Shown here in pieces: positions 1 to 11,720 of a stretch of 64,000 bases of DNA (position 1 is the stretch's first letter; each line of letters opens with the position of its first letter). This DNA is from Octopus vulgaris (lineage: Eukaryota). The DNA lies in contig OX597823.1 in assembly GCA_951406725.2 (NCBI GenBank), forward strand, positions 41,912,001-41,976,000, written 5' to 3'. The translations under genes were made by a program, and so were the position numbers. The notes under the pieces were generated by a model, which saw only the letters and a list, made by a program, of their open reading frames with translations, was not told where the DNA came from and did no database searches.

Positions 1-92
1 TCTACTATAGCTAATTGAGTTATATGGGCATATCTTAAGCCTTTTATATGATATTGGTCATGTTACTATTTTTAATCTTTTGGTCTTATTGT

Positions 93-325
93 CTTTTACC
101 TGTGTCAGGTATTGCAACTGCAGCCATGCTGGGGCATTGCCTTGAAAGTTTTTGAGTCAAACAAATTGACCCCTCAACATATATTTTTAAATATACTTAC
201 ACTACTGGTCTCTTTAGTTGAACCGCTAAGTTACAAAATTGTAACTAGTTGTCAAACAGTAGAATGGGGATAAACACAGACACAAAACACATAGATATAT
301 ACATACATGCACAAACACACTCATA

Positions 326-366
<41 letters not shown>

Positions 367-490
367 TATATATAAGAGGCTTCTTTTAGTTTCCCTCTAC
401 CAAATCCACTTACAAGGATTTGGTGGGCCCAAAGCTATAGTAGAAGACACTTGCCCAAGGTGCCATGCAATGGAACTGGATCCTGAACCA
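93..490 (-). mobile_element. tRNA-derived SINE family A (CORE/OR-like octopus SINE), degenerate
   Basis: Reverse-complement match to copy 46742-47140 (…gccatgctgg…, …aaccgctaagttac…, …ctaccaaatccact…, …tagaagacacttgcccaaggtgcc) with the internal (TA)n tract. Confidence 0.8.
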
Positions 491-876
491 TTGAGAAACA
501 AAACAATTGATGCCTGAAGTTGATTTTTTTAGAGTCTGGTTCTTATTCTGTCAGTCTCTTTTGATGAATTACTCAAGTTAAAATGAGATAAACAAACCAA
601 CACCAGTTGTCAAGCAGTGGGTGGGGGGTGACAAAAACAAAGACAGATCCACATCTGCAATGGACTTCTACACAGTTTCTATATACTAAACTCACTCAAT
701 AATATCGGTTGGCCAAGAGCTATGAGTACAAGGCACTTGCCTAGAATAGGATTGAATCTAAAGCCACATGGTTGCAAAGCAAGCTTCTTAGGTGCACAGC
801 CAAGTTACACTGCCAAAACCACATCTAGAGATTTAAATGCAAGTTGCAAGACACATTCTAATGCATATAAATTGAA

Positions 877-1230
877 GGCTCATGGCCTTATAGTTAGGAT
901 GTTAACTTCAGAACTGTAGAGTCATAGGTTCAAATACTAGGCCAGGTAGTACATTGTGTTCTTCATCGAGACACTTCATTTCACACTGCTCCAGTGTACT
1001 TAGCTAATGATGAGTCCCAACTGACTGCTCGGACAGCTCTCTCTCTCTCTCTCTCTTCCTCTTCTGGTTGTCACATCCTTGATGTTTCACTGCGCCAAGG
1101 GTTGGGAGGCAGAGAAGGTATCCAGGTGTACATGTGACTAAATAAACCCCTAAAACAATGAGCAAAATCATGATACATGTTATCACATCCACCACACTTT
1201 GTAACAGATCAACAAGCTTACATTTAAACT
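877..1230 (+). mobile_element. tRNA-derived SINE family B (Meta/V-like core), tail type 4
   Basis: Degenerate A/B boxes (tggccttatagttagg…ggttcaaatac) followed by cattgtgttctt…gacacttcatttcacactgctccag, as in 4916-5247. Confidence 0.65.
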
Positions 1231-1448
1231 GCATATCAATGTGTTATAGAAACTAACTAGATCTGGACTATCATGGGACTACAACAATGGAGTGGTTAAG
1301 AAGCTCACTTTACAACCACAGGGTTTCGGGATCAGTTCCACTCTTTTGCACCTAAAGTAAGTGACTTCTTCTACCGTCTAAGGCAGACCAGTAACTTGTG
1401 AGTGGATTTGGTTGGCTGAAACCTTGTTGAAGCCCATCATATATATAT

Positions 1449-1490
<42 letters not shown>

Positions 1491-1519
1491 TTGTATGTAT
1501 GTATATATATATATATACT

Positions 1520-1810
1520 ATTATCATCATCATTTAACAACTGTGTTTTATGCTAGCATGGGCTGGATGGTTTGACAGGATACAATTAGTACAAGGACTT
1601 CATTGTACTCCAGTGTCTGTTTTAGCATGATTTCTAAGGCTGGAACCAAATACACTGCAGGACATAATGGGTGCTTTTATGCAGCACCCACCAGCCAACA
1701 GGTTTAGGATCACTCAGCTGAAGAGGAATGTAGGGGACATGCCGGTATGCAAGGACAACCACAAATTTGCTCAGCTTGACATGTCTTCTCAAGCATTGCA
1801 AACTGCCAGA
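1520..1810 (-). mobile_element. RTE-type LINE 3' tail fragment
   Basis: catcatcatttaac…atgctagcatggg…tttgac start on + strand, identical in layout to the tail of the RTE ORF at 20897-21710. Confidence 0.65.
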
Positions 1811-2022
1811 ATTAAGGATGATGGTTTAACTGATAAAATCGGTTAAGAATATTTTTACACTAGTTTAACATCATCAGACTGAGGGTCTGCATGCCAAGAC
1901 CCTTCACTTCCATTACTGGTTGCTTATATTTGGATCATGTTTAGCATTTGTTTTTCCATGACGAAGCCCAGGTCCCTTTCATGATGGTCATAGTCATGTT
2001 CAGTGTCTTGATTAACCTTGTC

Positions 2023-2248
2023 TTAACCCTTTAGCATTTAAACCAGCCATATCTAACTAATATATGTTCTACTTGTTTTATGTTCAGACTGACCCAATCA
2101 GACATCTCATACCTACCCTACAATGTCATTCTAAAAATAAACTCATATCATGAAAATTTTGAAGTTTTAAGATAATCCATGATTAGTTCAAAATAATGTG
2201 AATAAATAAGTATTACGCCTGACAGTAATCTGCATGCTAAATGGTTAA
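2023..2248. mobile_element. piggyBac-type MITE family 1
   Basis: TTAA at both ends, TIR cccttt agcatt / atgct aaatgg; same ~225-bp element at 10711 and 32232. Confidence 0.85.
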
Positions 2249-3420
2249 GCATATTAATATATCCCAATGTCACACCTCTGAGTTAGTTGAGCTGTTTGGT
2301 TCTTTTGCACTCTCAGCCATTCCTCATTTTGTATTAAGTATACAATGGATATCCCCACTCTCTGCTATAGAGCTTGGATTCACTCATGTACTTTAGCTGA
2401 TCAGTTGAAATTAGAAACCCAGATTTGGCCACTGTCATTCACGACAGTACAAATGGAATAAGACATGAGTTAGCTGCAGGAGTGGAAACAGGATCCTGTT
2501 TAACATACTTTACTAAAACCAAAAATTAACCAAAGATACATTTAAAAAAATCAATAGTTTCTAAATTAAACTTTAAATATTTTTGACATTGAGCCAATAA
2601 AGACATCAACAATTAATAAAATGAATAATAAATTTGTAATAATTATTATCTGAGGTGATTTCACGAGAGAACAGTGCAGAGGGGAGATCACTCATGTCTT
2701 CTAGAACTCATAAAGCTCCCTCATGTCATATCCTTAAATCACCTGAAGGTTAATAGTGAACTTTAATAGTTCTACTTAATACTAAAGGTCATTAGAATGA
2801 GAGGACATCTTTAGACCAATTAACCAGCTCTGCTTGTCCTTGTTATGGGTTTCAGCCAATGGTCATTAGAGAGAACTGACCAATCGATTAAGTGTGTTAA
2901 CAATGCACTCACTACATTTAAATAAGTTTGTCTGGAAGCAAGGGAAATATAATAACACAAGTACACTGCAGTTATATGCGTATGCAGACACACTCACACA
3001 CAAGCACATACATGCTTATAAACTCAAATGTGTATGTGTGTGTGTGTGTGCACATACATGCATGTTCACAGGATGGTTGGAGTCAGCAAGCAAGCATATA
3101 TGTTTTTAATTTCCATCTATACATACACATGCACACACACTTACACACACACACACATACTAATATATAAATATATACCATTATCATTTAATGTCCACTT
3201 TTCATATATATATATAAATATTAATACACATACATACATATATATATACATACACTCATATGCACATGCACACACCTACATGTATACATAAAATGTTGAT
3301 ACTTTATAATTTCCATTAAGGAATGGCCAATAACATACCTTTTAGTAGAATCTGAGGTTCAGTCCTTATTGGGCTCTCAATAGTAGTATTTTTATTTCTG
3401 CTTATTCCTGACTTTGTAAC

Positions 3421-3461
<41 letters not shown>

Positions 3462-3756
3462 AATATAAATATATTAAGAGCTAGATAGATAGCTGGATGG
3501 ATGGATGGTCAATGTGTGTATGACTGTATTGATGCTGCATGTTAGTATATTTGTGTTTGTGTAAGCATACATTTTATCATTCTATCTGTCTACCTACAAA
3601 TCTATTTATACATATATGTATATATGGGTGTGTGTGTATACATATACTCTATATATGTGTTTATATAATTATATGTGTACATATGCTTGACTGTTATATA
3701 CAATTATTCATGTGTGTCTGTGTATATATATATTTATATATATACACCACACACAT

Positions 3757-3802
<46 letters not shown>

Positions 3803-4170
3803 TCATAAACTATATATACACACATTCATATATTTATATATATACACACATTCATAAACTCTTAAATACAGAAACATAAACACACTCCTTTATGCTCAAA
3901 CATACACACATAGATACACAAACTGACATATAAATGTTTGTCTGTATTTATGTATGTTTGAGACAAATTACATAAGAATCCCCAGAAGAAAAGAATTAAT
4001 TAATTTTGTATATACTAATGTATGGACATCTGTGTATTTCCACACATTTGGGATTTTAAATGAGCCATGGTAATGTTGTTGTGACTGTACACTTCTTTTC
4101 CTGGTGAAATTATTGCTTTTATCAGCAGTGCTCTTGTATTGTTTTACACACACACACACATAACTAAATA

Positions 4171-4815
4171 TCATCATCATCATTGTTTAATGTCCACTTT
4201 TCATGCTAGTATTTGATTGGATGATTTGACTGAGGTCTGGTGAACCAGATCGCTGCTTCAGGCTCCAATCTGATCTGGCAGAGTTTCTACAGCTGGATGC
4301 CCTTCCTAATGCCAGCCACCCAGAGAGTGTAGTGGATGCTTTTATGTGCCACCGGCACAAGGGCCAGTCAGGCGGTACTAGCAACAGCCATGCTCAAAAG
4401 GTGCTTTTTATGTGCCACCTGCACAGGAGTCAATCTAGTGGCATTGGCAACGACCTAGCTTGAATTTTTTTTCATGTGCCTCCAGCACAAGTGCCAGTAA
4501 GGCAACGCAGGTAACGATCACACTCAAATAGTGCTTTTTATGTGCCACTGGCACGGAGGCCAGTTTGTTGCTCTGGCAATGATCACGCTTGAATGGTACT
4601 CTTAGCGCTCCACTAGCACTGATGCCAGTCATCGAATTTGATTTCGATTTCAAATTTCACTTGCCTCAACAGGTCTTTGCAAGCCAGAGTTTAGTGTCCA
4701 ATGAAGGAAAGGTATGCATTATATAAGTGGGTTGGTTACACCCCTGTCATAGGCCACAAGGTTATGGTCTCACTTGGCTTGCTGAGTCTTCTCTAGCACA
4801 GCATATTTCCAAAGG
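4171..4815 (-). mobile_element. RTE-type LINE 3' UTR/tail with internal ~60-nt tandem subrepeats
   Basis: (CAT)n start, tttctacagctggatgcccttcctaatgcc motif, repeated gtgcttttatgtgccac units; homologous to 20897-21250. Confidence 0.8.
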
Positions 4816-4915
4816 AACTAGACAGATATATATATTTACTTGTGCATGAATATATTTGTGTTTGCTCATGTATATGCATATACATGTATAAGTATGTATA
4901 TATATATATATATAA

Positions 4916-5247
4916 GGCACGTGGCTCAGTGGTTAGAGCGTCGAACTTACGATCGTGAGGTTGTGAGCTCGAATCCCAGACCGGGCTGCGTGTTGTGTTC
5001 TTGAGCAAGACACTTTATTTCACGTTGCTCCAGTTCACTCAGCTGTAGAAATGAGTTGCGATGTCACAGGTGCCAAGCTGTATTGGCCCTTGCCTTTCCC
5101 TTGGACAACATTGGTGACGTGGAGAGGGGAGGCCGGTATGCATGGGCGACTGCTGGTCTTCCATAAAACAACCTTGCCCAGACTTGTGCCTTAGAGGGTA
5201 ACTCTCTAGGTGCAAACCCATGGTCAGTTTCTGACCGAAGGAGGTCA
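4916..5247 (+). mobile_element. tRNA-derived SINE family B, well preserved full-length copy
   Basis: A box tggctcagtggttagagcg, B box gagctcgaatccc, core gtgttcttgagcaagacactttatttcacgttgctccag; CpGs retained; flanked by (TA)n; inverted copy at 62575-62849. Confidence 0.9.
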
Positions 5248-5805
5248 CCACCATATATATATATATATATATATATACGTATTTAAACTTAAATTTTCAT
5301 ACATAGTTATACATGCTACATACATATTCATACATATATGGCTATTCAAAATTTAAATATGATGCTACTAACTGCAGTCTTTCAATCCAATCTGAAGTAA
5401 TTACTGTATCATCTATGACAAAACCATTTACCCAAACCCTACCCACAACCTATTCGCTATAATTTTTTCAACATGACCAAACACAGCAATTGTAATATTT
5501 ACAACTAACAGCATCACAGCTATATAATATGACTATTATCACCATCATCGTTACTATTGCTATCACCCATCTCATCATCATCCACATCACTATGACCACC
5601 ATTATCATCATCAGAATCTCACCACCATTGTCATCATCATCATCATCATTGTCATTGTCAACATAGTTAACATTGTCAATAAATGGAGCGTGAAATATTT
5701 AGGATTGTAGAGAATCAAATCAAGCAGAAAATATCATTAAGGGTGTATAGTACCCTCAACTATTAAACTGCTTATAAAGAAACAGTAAAATAATTAATGC
5801 ATATA

Positions 5806-5838
<33 letters not shown>

Positions 5839-6077
5839 ATGTATGTATGTATCATCATCATCATCATTTAACGTCTGTTTTCCATGCTAGCATGGGTTGG
5901 ACGGTTCAACTGGGCTCTGGGAAGCCAGAAGGCTGTGCTAGGCCCAGTCTCATCTGGCAGTGTTTCTACAGCCACATGTATATATATTAATGTTTGTTTT
6001 TATGTTCAGTTATAATAAAAACAATTTTACATTAATCTGATGGGTTACTCTATACTTTTGTAGGGTACAAATATATT

Positions 6078-6430
6078 ATAAGGTGATGTTATGTTGCCAA
6101 ATTAATGTGGCAGTCCCATGAAAGGGAAGAATGCTACTACTATTTAGCCCTGGGAAACACCAATACCAGTTGGCCTTGACACATTTTCTGTGTCCTAATG
6201 TTTTCAAAGGAAGAGATAAGCACCTCCATCCAGCAAATGCAGTATCCAGAGACTAGTTTCAGAGTCATTGCTCATCATCAGTGTAGAGTAGCATGGCTTG
6301 CTAGCTGAATTCTTTATAACAGGCACAAGGCCTAAACACAGCTGGGACATACACAGACATGCAGGAACAACAAACACATAAAAGGATGAATGTAAAATGA
6401 ATTAAATTAGATTGAAAATGAGACAGCCAT
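6078..6430 (-). mobile_element. Penelope-like terminal repeat (pLTR) with hammerhead motif
   Basis: Contains the hammerhead core at 6245-6287; 6078-6186 has an inverted copy at 7535-7643 (12 mismatches in 109 nt by hand alignment). Confidence 0.6.
6245..6287 (-). ncRNA. minimal type I hammerhead ribozyme motif
   Basis: Minus strand reads tctaca CTGATGA t gag caatga ctc t GAA AC ta GT C tctgga: intact core, 3-bp stem II, palindromic ACTAGT stem III, GUC site, 5/6 stem I pairs. Confidence 0.65.
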
Positions 6431-6460
6431 CTCGGTCCCGCTCCAAAATGAAACCATGAT

Positions 6461-7534
6461 CTTTTTTTTTTCTTTTTTAAACTTACATTTTAATTAACAA
6501 TTTCTAGCCCCCACACTGAGGCGAAACCGCAACTTCCCTTTTCCTTTCCACCCTACATTTTAAAGAAAATGCTTTAATGACTGTTCATTTAATAGTTACA
6601 GGATTTACTTATTTTCCTTTGGGTTTTTTTTTAAACAAAAAATTTAACCAAATGTTTTTCTCAGTCTTTCACAGTCTTTAAAATAAATCATGACTTACCA
6701 CTTCATCTTCTCCTTTTCATCCACATAATTCACCACCGAGGCATGATGGTCAACATCTCTTTCATAATGTCTTTCAATTTTGAAATTCTTTTAACTTTTG
6801 GGTGTCCTATATTTCAGTATAAATCTTATTTCTGTTTGTGTCTGGCATGTTACTGTTTTTCTGTAATTCTTGGCTTTCCGGTGATTGTATCTGTGTGTCT
6901 GTGTGTTTGTGTCTATGTGTTTGACTGTAATTCTACATGTTTCGTCTGTGTGTCTAAGTTTTTAGGTTTCTGTGATTCTAAGATATCTTGTATCTGTTTC
7001 TCTATATTTCTGTGTGGTTGGATGTCTGTGTGTTTGAGTGTCTGTGGGTCTGAATGTTTTTGTACTTGTAAGTCCTTTACAGGTGATCCTACTGGTGAAT
7101 CTTCTCTGTTTCTTGTCGTAGGTTGGATAACCTCTTCCATTGCTTTGTATTTCTCCAGTTCCACTATCATTGGTGACTTCCTCCTCTCTCTTTTTCTTGC
7201 TTTTACCTCTGCAAAATTCCTGTCTTGTTCTGTTATCTGTTTCTGCTGTTTCTCCACCATTATATTCTCCTGAATATAATTTCCACTGCTGCTTCAGGGG
7301 ATTTCTTTCTCAAGTGCCCTCTTTCACCACATTTGTAACACTTTGGGGGTTTCCCCTCCAACATTATCTCCAGTTTTTCTTCATTTGGTAACTCCAAAGT
7401 TTCAGGTATTTCTTTGTAATATTTCTGGCTCACTGCACAAATCATCTCTAATCTGTAGCCCTACCACTTCACTTGTTGGGTTTGGCTTATCATGCCCAGC
7501 TTCACCTCTTCACTTTCTTTCCTTATCTCCAAAT
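6461..7534 (-). mobile_element. non-LTR ORF1/gag-like zinc-knuckle remnant ending in AUUAAA + A-tail (ORF1-only, HAL1-like)
   Basis: ORF 7260-7445 carries CYKCGERGHLRKKS (CX2CX4HX4C with last C lost), continued after a frameshift by ORF 6913-7260; minus strand ends attaaa…aaaaaagaaaaaaaaa at 6461-6495. Confidence 0.65.
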
Positions 7535-7689
7535 AAATGTGTCAAGGCCAACTGGAAAAGGTGTTTCCTTGAGCTAAATAACAGTAACATTCTTCCCTTT
7601 CATGGGACTGCCACATTAAGTTCGCAACATAACATAACCTTATCATGCTGCTATCTGAGATATTTAGAAATGCAATATTTCTAAATTTA

Positions 7690-8150
7690 TTATACTTATA
7701 CAAGAATGTTGTTGACAGTGACTTCGAAGTTTCAGCCAGCTAAGTCACCATCAGACTGCGATGCATTAGAATTAGTTTTGCCTTTATATGGTCTCTGCTA
7801 AGTTAAAATCATCGTTGGGTATGTGTTTTTGAGTTGGGTAGTAATCAGATTTTTATGGAGAGGCGTTTTGGGATGATTTCTATTGATTAAATTTGGAGTT
7901 ATATTATTGTTTATAATTTGTTCTTGCATGTAGAACTTTGTAAACAAGCCTGTTGGTGTTTCTCTTTTGTTAGGTAGGCACAAAGTTTGATAATATTTTG
8001 GTTGCTTATAATATTATTGGGACAGCTCTGGACTATGGCAGAAGATGCTTGTCCATCTTTGATTTCAATGTTTGTTTACATCTAACGTCTTGTGTACGAA
8101 ACATAACAAAAATCAGTACTGGTTATAATTCCTATAGAATATCTGTAATG
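7690..8150 (-). mobile_element. Penelope-like element 3' fragment (degenerate GIY-YIG end + hammerhead)
   Basis: Minus frame gives STDFCYVSYTRR*M*TNIEIKDGQASSAI, resembling the PLE endonuclease motif C..YVGYT.R.L..R..EH…SAI; hammerhead motif directly downstream at 7715-7759. Confidence 0.5.
7715..7759 (-). ncRNA. degenerate minimal hammerhead ribozyme motif
   Basis: gcagt CTGATGG tgacttagctggct GAA AC ttcgaa GT C actgt; stem I cagt/actg, perfect palindrome ACTTCGAAGT as stem III, A9 changed to G. Confidence 0.55.
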
Positions 8151-8879
8151 ATAATCTTAAGAAGCAATGTAAAAGCACACTACTAATGCAGTATAACATG
8201 GTATGGACTTATAGAAACGTTTAGTATACTTCGTAATATATTATAGTTGCATGACAAAATATTGAGTACCTACAAGTCATTAAACTTTTCAAGCTACCAA
8301 ACAGTGAGACTAAATCTGAAGCCAAGCAACTGAAATGCAAACTTCTAACTATGCATCCACCCTTGTGCCTATATTGAAATAAATCATTATAGAAAGTTTT
8401 CCATAGTTGTTTATGCTATTCTTGTTCTTATCTATTTAGATTTGTCATTTACAATGCAAAACCAAGTAATATGCACTTTAAGAATGTTACCATCAAAAAG
8501 TGACAGTTGTTGGATTAAAATTTATTTTGGTCCTAATTTATTAAAAAAAAGTTGATGTTCAGATATTATTTTAGAAGAAAGAAATATGATAGATGCTGTA
8601 TATAATGGAGCTTTATGCTTATTTGCTGTAAATTAATGCAGTAGTAGCATTAGGATTTTAAATTCTTTTATAGTCAACTTTGCTTTCCATTCTTCATGAA
8701 ATGGCAAAATTAAAATCAATGTTCCATTAAAATATAGAGGTCAACTGAATTCCTATATTCCATCGTCTCTTTACAAAATTAACCCTCTGCTTGTTTAAAG
8801 GTAATTATGTATTTACTGTTATCCTTGGAGATGCAATGATGCAGCAAAAGTTATTTGCTTATCTGGACATTGTTATTTT

Positions 8880-9420
8880 GAATGATTCCTCTGTATTTTC
8901 AAAGCTTTTGGGAAAGGCATGAAAGTCTTCTATGCTTCTTTTTTAACTCCTCCTTATTCTAATATTTTATATTCCTATTAGCAAGCAATCATTATCTGCT
9001 TTTTCCTCTTGTATATTCTTAGCTGTTCTCTTAGCAGGTCTAAACCTTTCGTGGTGGGGAGATTTCTTATATCCAAATTCCTTACCATATAATACAAATT
9101 CCAATATTCTCTGGCATGGTTCACCAAGGTCATGTGCATTTGTTATTGGATTTGTTCGCCTTTGATCTCAAACTTTTATTAAACTATAGAAATTTAATTA
9201 AGACTGCCTGCATTTCTCTATCTTCTTTTAGCCCTTTCTGTTTTCTAAAGTCTTCTGGTATCCAAATAATTAGAATTCAGCAAACAATGTCCAGCAGTTT
9301 TGAATATTGTATTTGGACGTACAATAGACTAAACAATGCTATTTAGTTGTTGGCACTTTAAAACATTGCTTCAGTCAGATCAGAACAGTTCAATGTGGTG
9401 CCAAGTTCCTTTCTTTTTGT
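8880..9420 (-). mobile_element. old RTE-like LINE 3' coding remnant
   Basis: Minus frame LGEPCQRILEFVLYGKEFGYKKSPHHERF resembles the RTE C-terminal motif LGH..R…LYG…GKR…RF; heavily degenerate. Confidence 0.35.
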
Positions 9421-10710
9421 TTCCCTCTGTTTTCTTTGAAATTTCTACCAAAGTTAATGCATTGTCCATAGACATTGCACGTAGATTTTCTTTTTCTTTT
9501 TTTTTTTTGCCCTTTGACAGAAAGTTCAAATAAAATACAACATGTTATGTAATTATAAATGGTAGAATTGCAGCAAGATAATATCCAAGAAAGAAATCAG
9601 TAAAACTGTGAAGATCTTTAGCACAAATGACTTGAATGGATATAATATTTCATTTTAGAGTTCATATGGAACACATAGTAAACATGGCCCAGCTTGTTGT
9701 TGATGTTGGTGTTCTCTTTAAATAAAGGGAAGCTTGCTCCAAACAAGCTGAACTCTGTATTCATTATTTACTATATTTCTGAAAATATCAAAGAGTTTAG
9801 CAAAATAACTTTGTCATTAAGCTAGTGTTTGCAATATCAATTAACATGAAATTTTTAATGAAAGGTTTTACTTTAGATCATCTGAAAACAAATTTTGTAT
9901 TCTGAAACCAGGAGTGGTCCCAGGCTTGTTGGTATCAAAAGGCTAAAGAAATATTTGCTTTGAGGGTGACTCGGTTGCCATTCCTAGTAGTTTGAGCTAC
10001 TATACTGAGGCTCCTCTAGTAGTCAAGCTAAAGTGATGACTAAGTTGTTTTAACATTTAACATGTGTCCTTCCTACAAATTTTGAGAACATAACATTCTG
10101 CTAATAGCAAAACTGTCATGGAGACTGTCATTTGATGATTAACAAATGTCTGTAGAATTTTACTAGAAACAAAATTGATTGTCAAAAAGAATTTAATATT
10201 AGGGTCGATATTATTAGAAAGTTTCATATTTGAAAGAGAGCATCTTGTAAATAATTCAGCATTCAGATTCCACAGGGGTTAATTTTTGTCTTTAATCCTC
10301 CTTTGACTGATAAACTTGGCTGAAACAGCTGCAGCAGCATTTCCTTTTGTCAAGGATGCCTTTTTCAAACTTTTTAAACACTGGAGTTATTCATTTGTGA
10401 TTTTCATTGGTGTGCAGAAAGATGGTTTGATCCTCACAGTACTTGAATTTCAAAGCCCTTGTATCCATAGCTCAAGCCATCATCCTCAATATCCCTGTTC
10501 CATGTTGTCAAAGGTTGGATGATTTGACAGGATCCAACGGGTCGAAGGACTGCATCATGTTCCAGTGTCTGCTTTGACACGGTTTCTATGGCTAGATGCC
10601 CTTCCTAATGCCAACCACTTTATGGCATGTACTGGATACTTTTCTTCTGCCTCCATTAGCTAGCAAGACTCTGATCCCCAAGAGATGCAAATTTGTGAGA
10701 GGATGAAGAG

Positions 10711-10932
10711 TTAACCTATGAGCATTTAAACCAAACAGATCCAGCCCAAAATATACATCTTGCTTTATGTTCAAAACAATCAAATCTGGCCTTTCACACT
10801 TACTCTAAAATGTCATTCTAAAGATATAGTCACCTTATTGAAATCTTGAAGCTATGTAATAATGTGTGATTAATTCAAAAATTTGTGAATAAATAAACAA
10901 TAAATAGAGTAATCTGAATGCTAATGGGTTAA
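10711..10932. mobile_element. piggyBac-type MITE family 1
   Basis: TTAA ends, homologous to 2023-2248; appears inserted in an RTE tail that begins near 10480. Confidence 0.8.
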
Positions 10933-11477
10933 AGAATGTAGGAAGAGGCTAGAGTAGAATAGGTTTTTCTGCAGTATAGGATCTACATAGCTACTCACAT
11001 CATAGAAGGGAAGGTGGGGTTTGATTGCAGTAGACATGAGAAGAGATAGATGTGGTGGTAATGGGGTGTCTATGTAGACCCTCAAAGTAAAAAATAAGTA
11101 GAAGTAAATGAGGTTAGAGAAACTGGGAATGTGATTGGCTAGATTTTGTCAGTGTAGTGAGGCGAGATGGGTAATGGGTGACAGGTGTGTGTAAATATAA
11201 TGAATGAAGAACAGGTGTTGAGAGGGGGGGTGTAGTGAATGATGGATAATATGATTGTAGAGAGGTGCTGGTGCTGAAATTTGTCATGGTCCACCTTGGC
11301 ATCTTCTCATAATGTGTAAAGGTTGAAGACATAGTAATTGGTAAGATCTACATCCTTAGGCAGAAGGTAGAATTTTAACTCAGTGCACAAGGGGCCCAAA
11401 CAAGTACCATATGAAATCATGTTCAATTCTCTAACAATTTTGCAAAAATCTACTTTTCTTCCCACCAATCTATTGAA

Positions 11478-11720
11478 GGCATATGGCTTGATGGTTAGGG
11501 TGTTGTATTCATGATCATAAGATTGTCATTTCGATTCCTGAACCAGGTAGTGCATTGTGTTCTTGAGCAAAGCATTTCATTTCACATTGCTCTAATCCAC
11601 TCAGCTGACAAAAATGAGTAATCCTGCAACGGAGTGATGTTTCATTCAGGGAGGTTATGACCTTAGCCATTTATATACCATGGAAATGAAATAACTGGCT
11701 TTATGAGTTCTAGGAATCCA
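11478..11720 (+). mobile_element. SINE family B, tail type 2
   Basis: tRNA-like head plus gtgttcttgagcaaagcatttcatttcacattgctc core; tail resembles 25280-25520. Confidence 0.7.

Noticed and set aside
2894-3857. Many ORFs rich in YI/HT/CV dipeptides (also 16255-16795, 28830-30065, 45298-45729, 56811-57652)
   Set aside because: Translations of (TA)n/(CA)n/(TG)n microsatellites, which lack stops; no splice or domain evidence
4340-4630. CRISPR-like repeat-spacer appearance (also 16345-16710)
   Set aside because: Eukaryotic context, degenerate repeats, spacers related to each other or microsatellite, no cas genes
4916-4990. tRNA gene-like sequence
   Set aside because: A and B boxes continue into a SINE core and tail found in multiple copies; no proper acceptor stem or terminator
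6420-6460. Minus-strand attttggagcggga..gagatgg resembling the U2 snRNA Sm-site region
   Set aside because: Match is only about 20 nt with gaps and there is no U2 5' domain or flanking stems; kept only as part of the composite element junction
6743-7273. 176-aa plus-strand hydrophobic ORF
   Set aside because: Antisense shadow of the purine-rich minus-strand ORF1-like sequence
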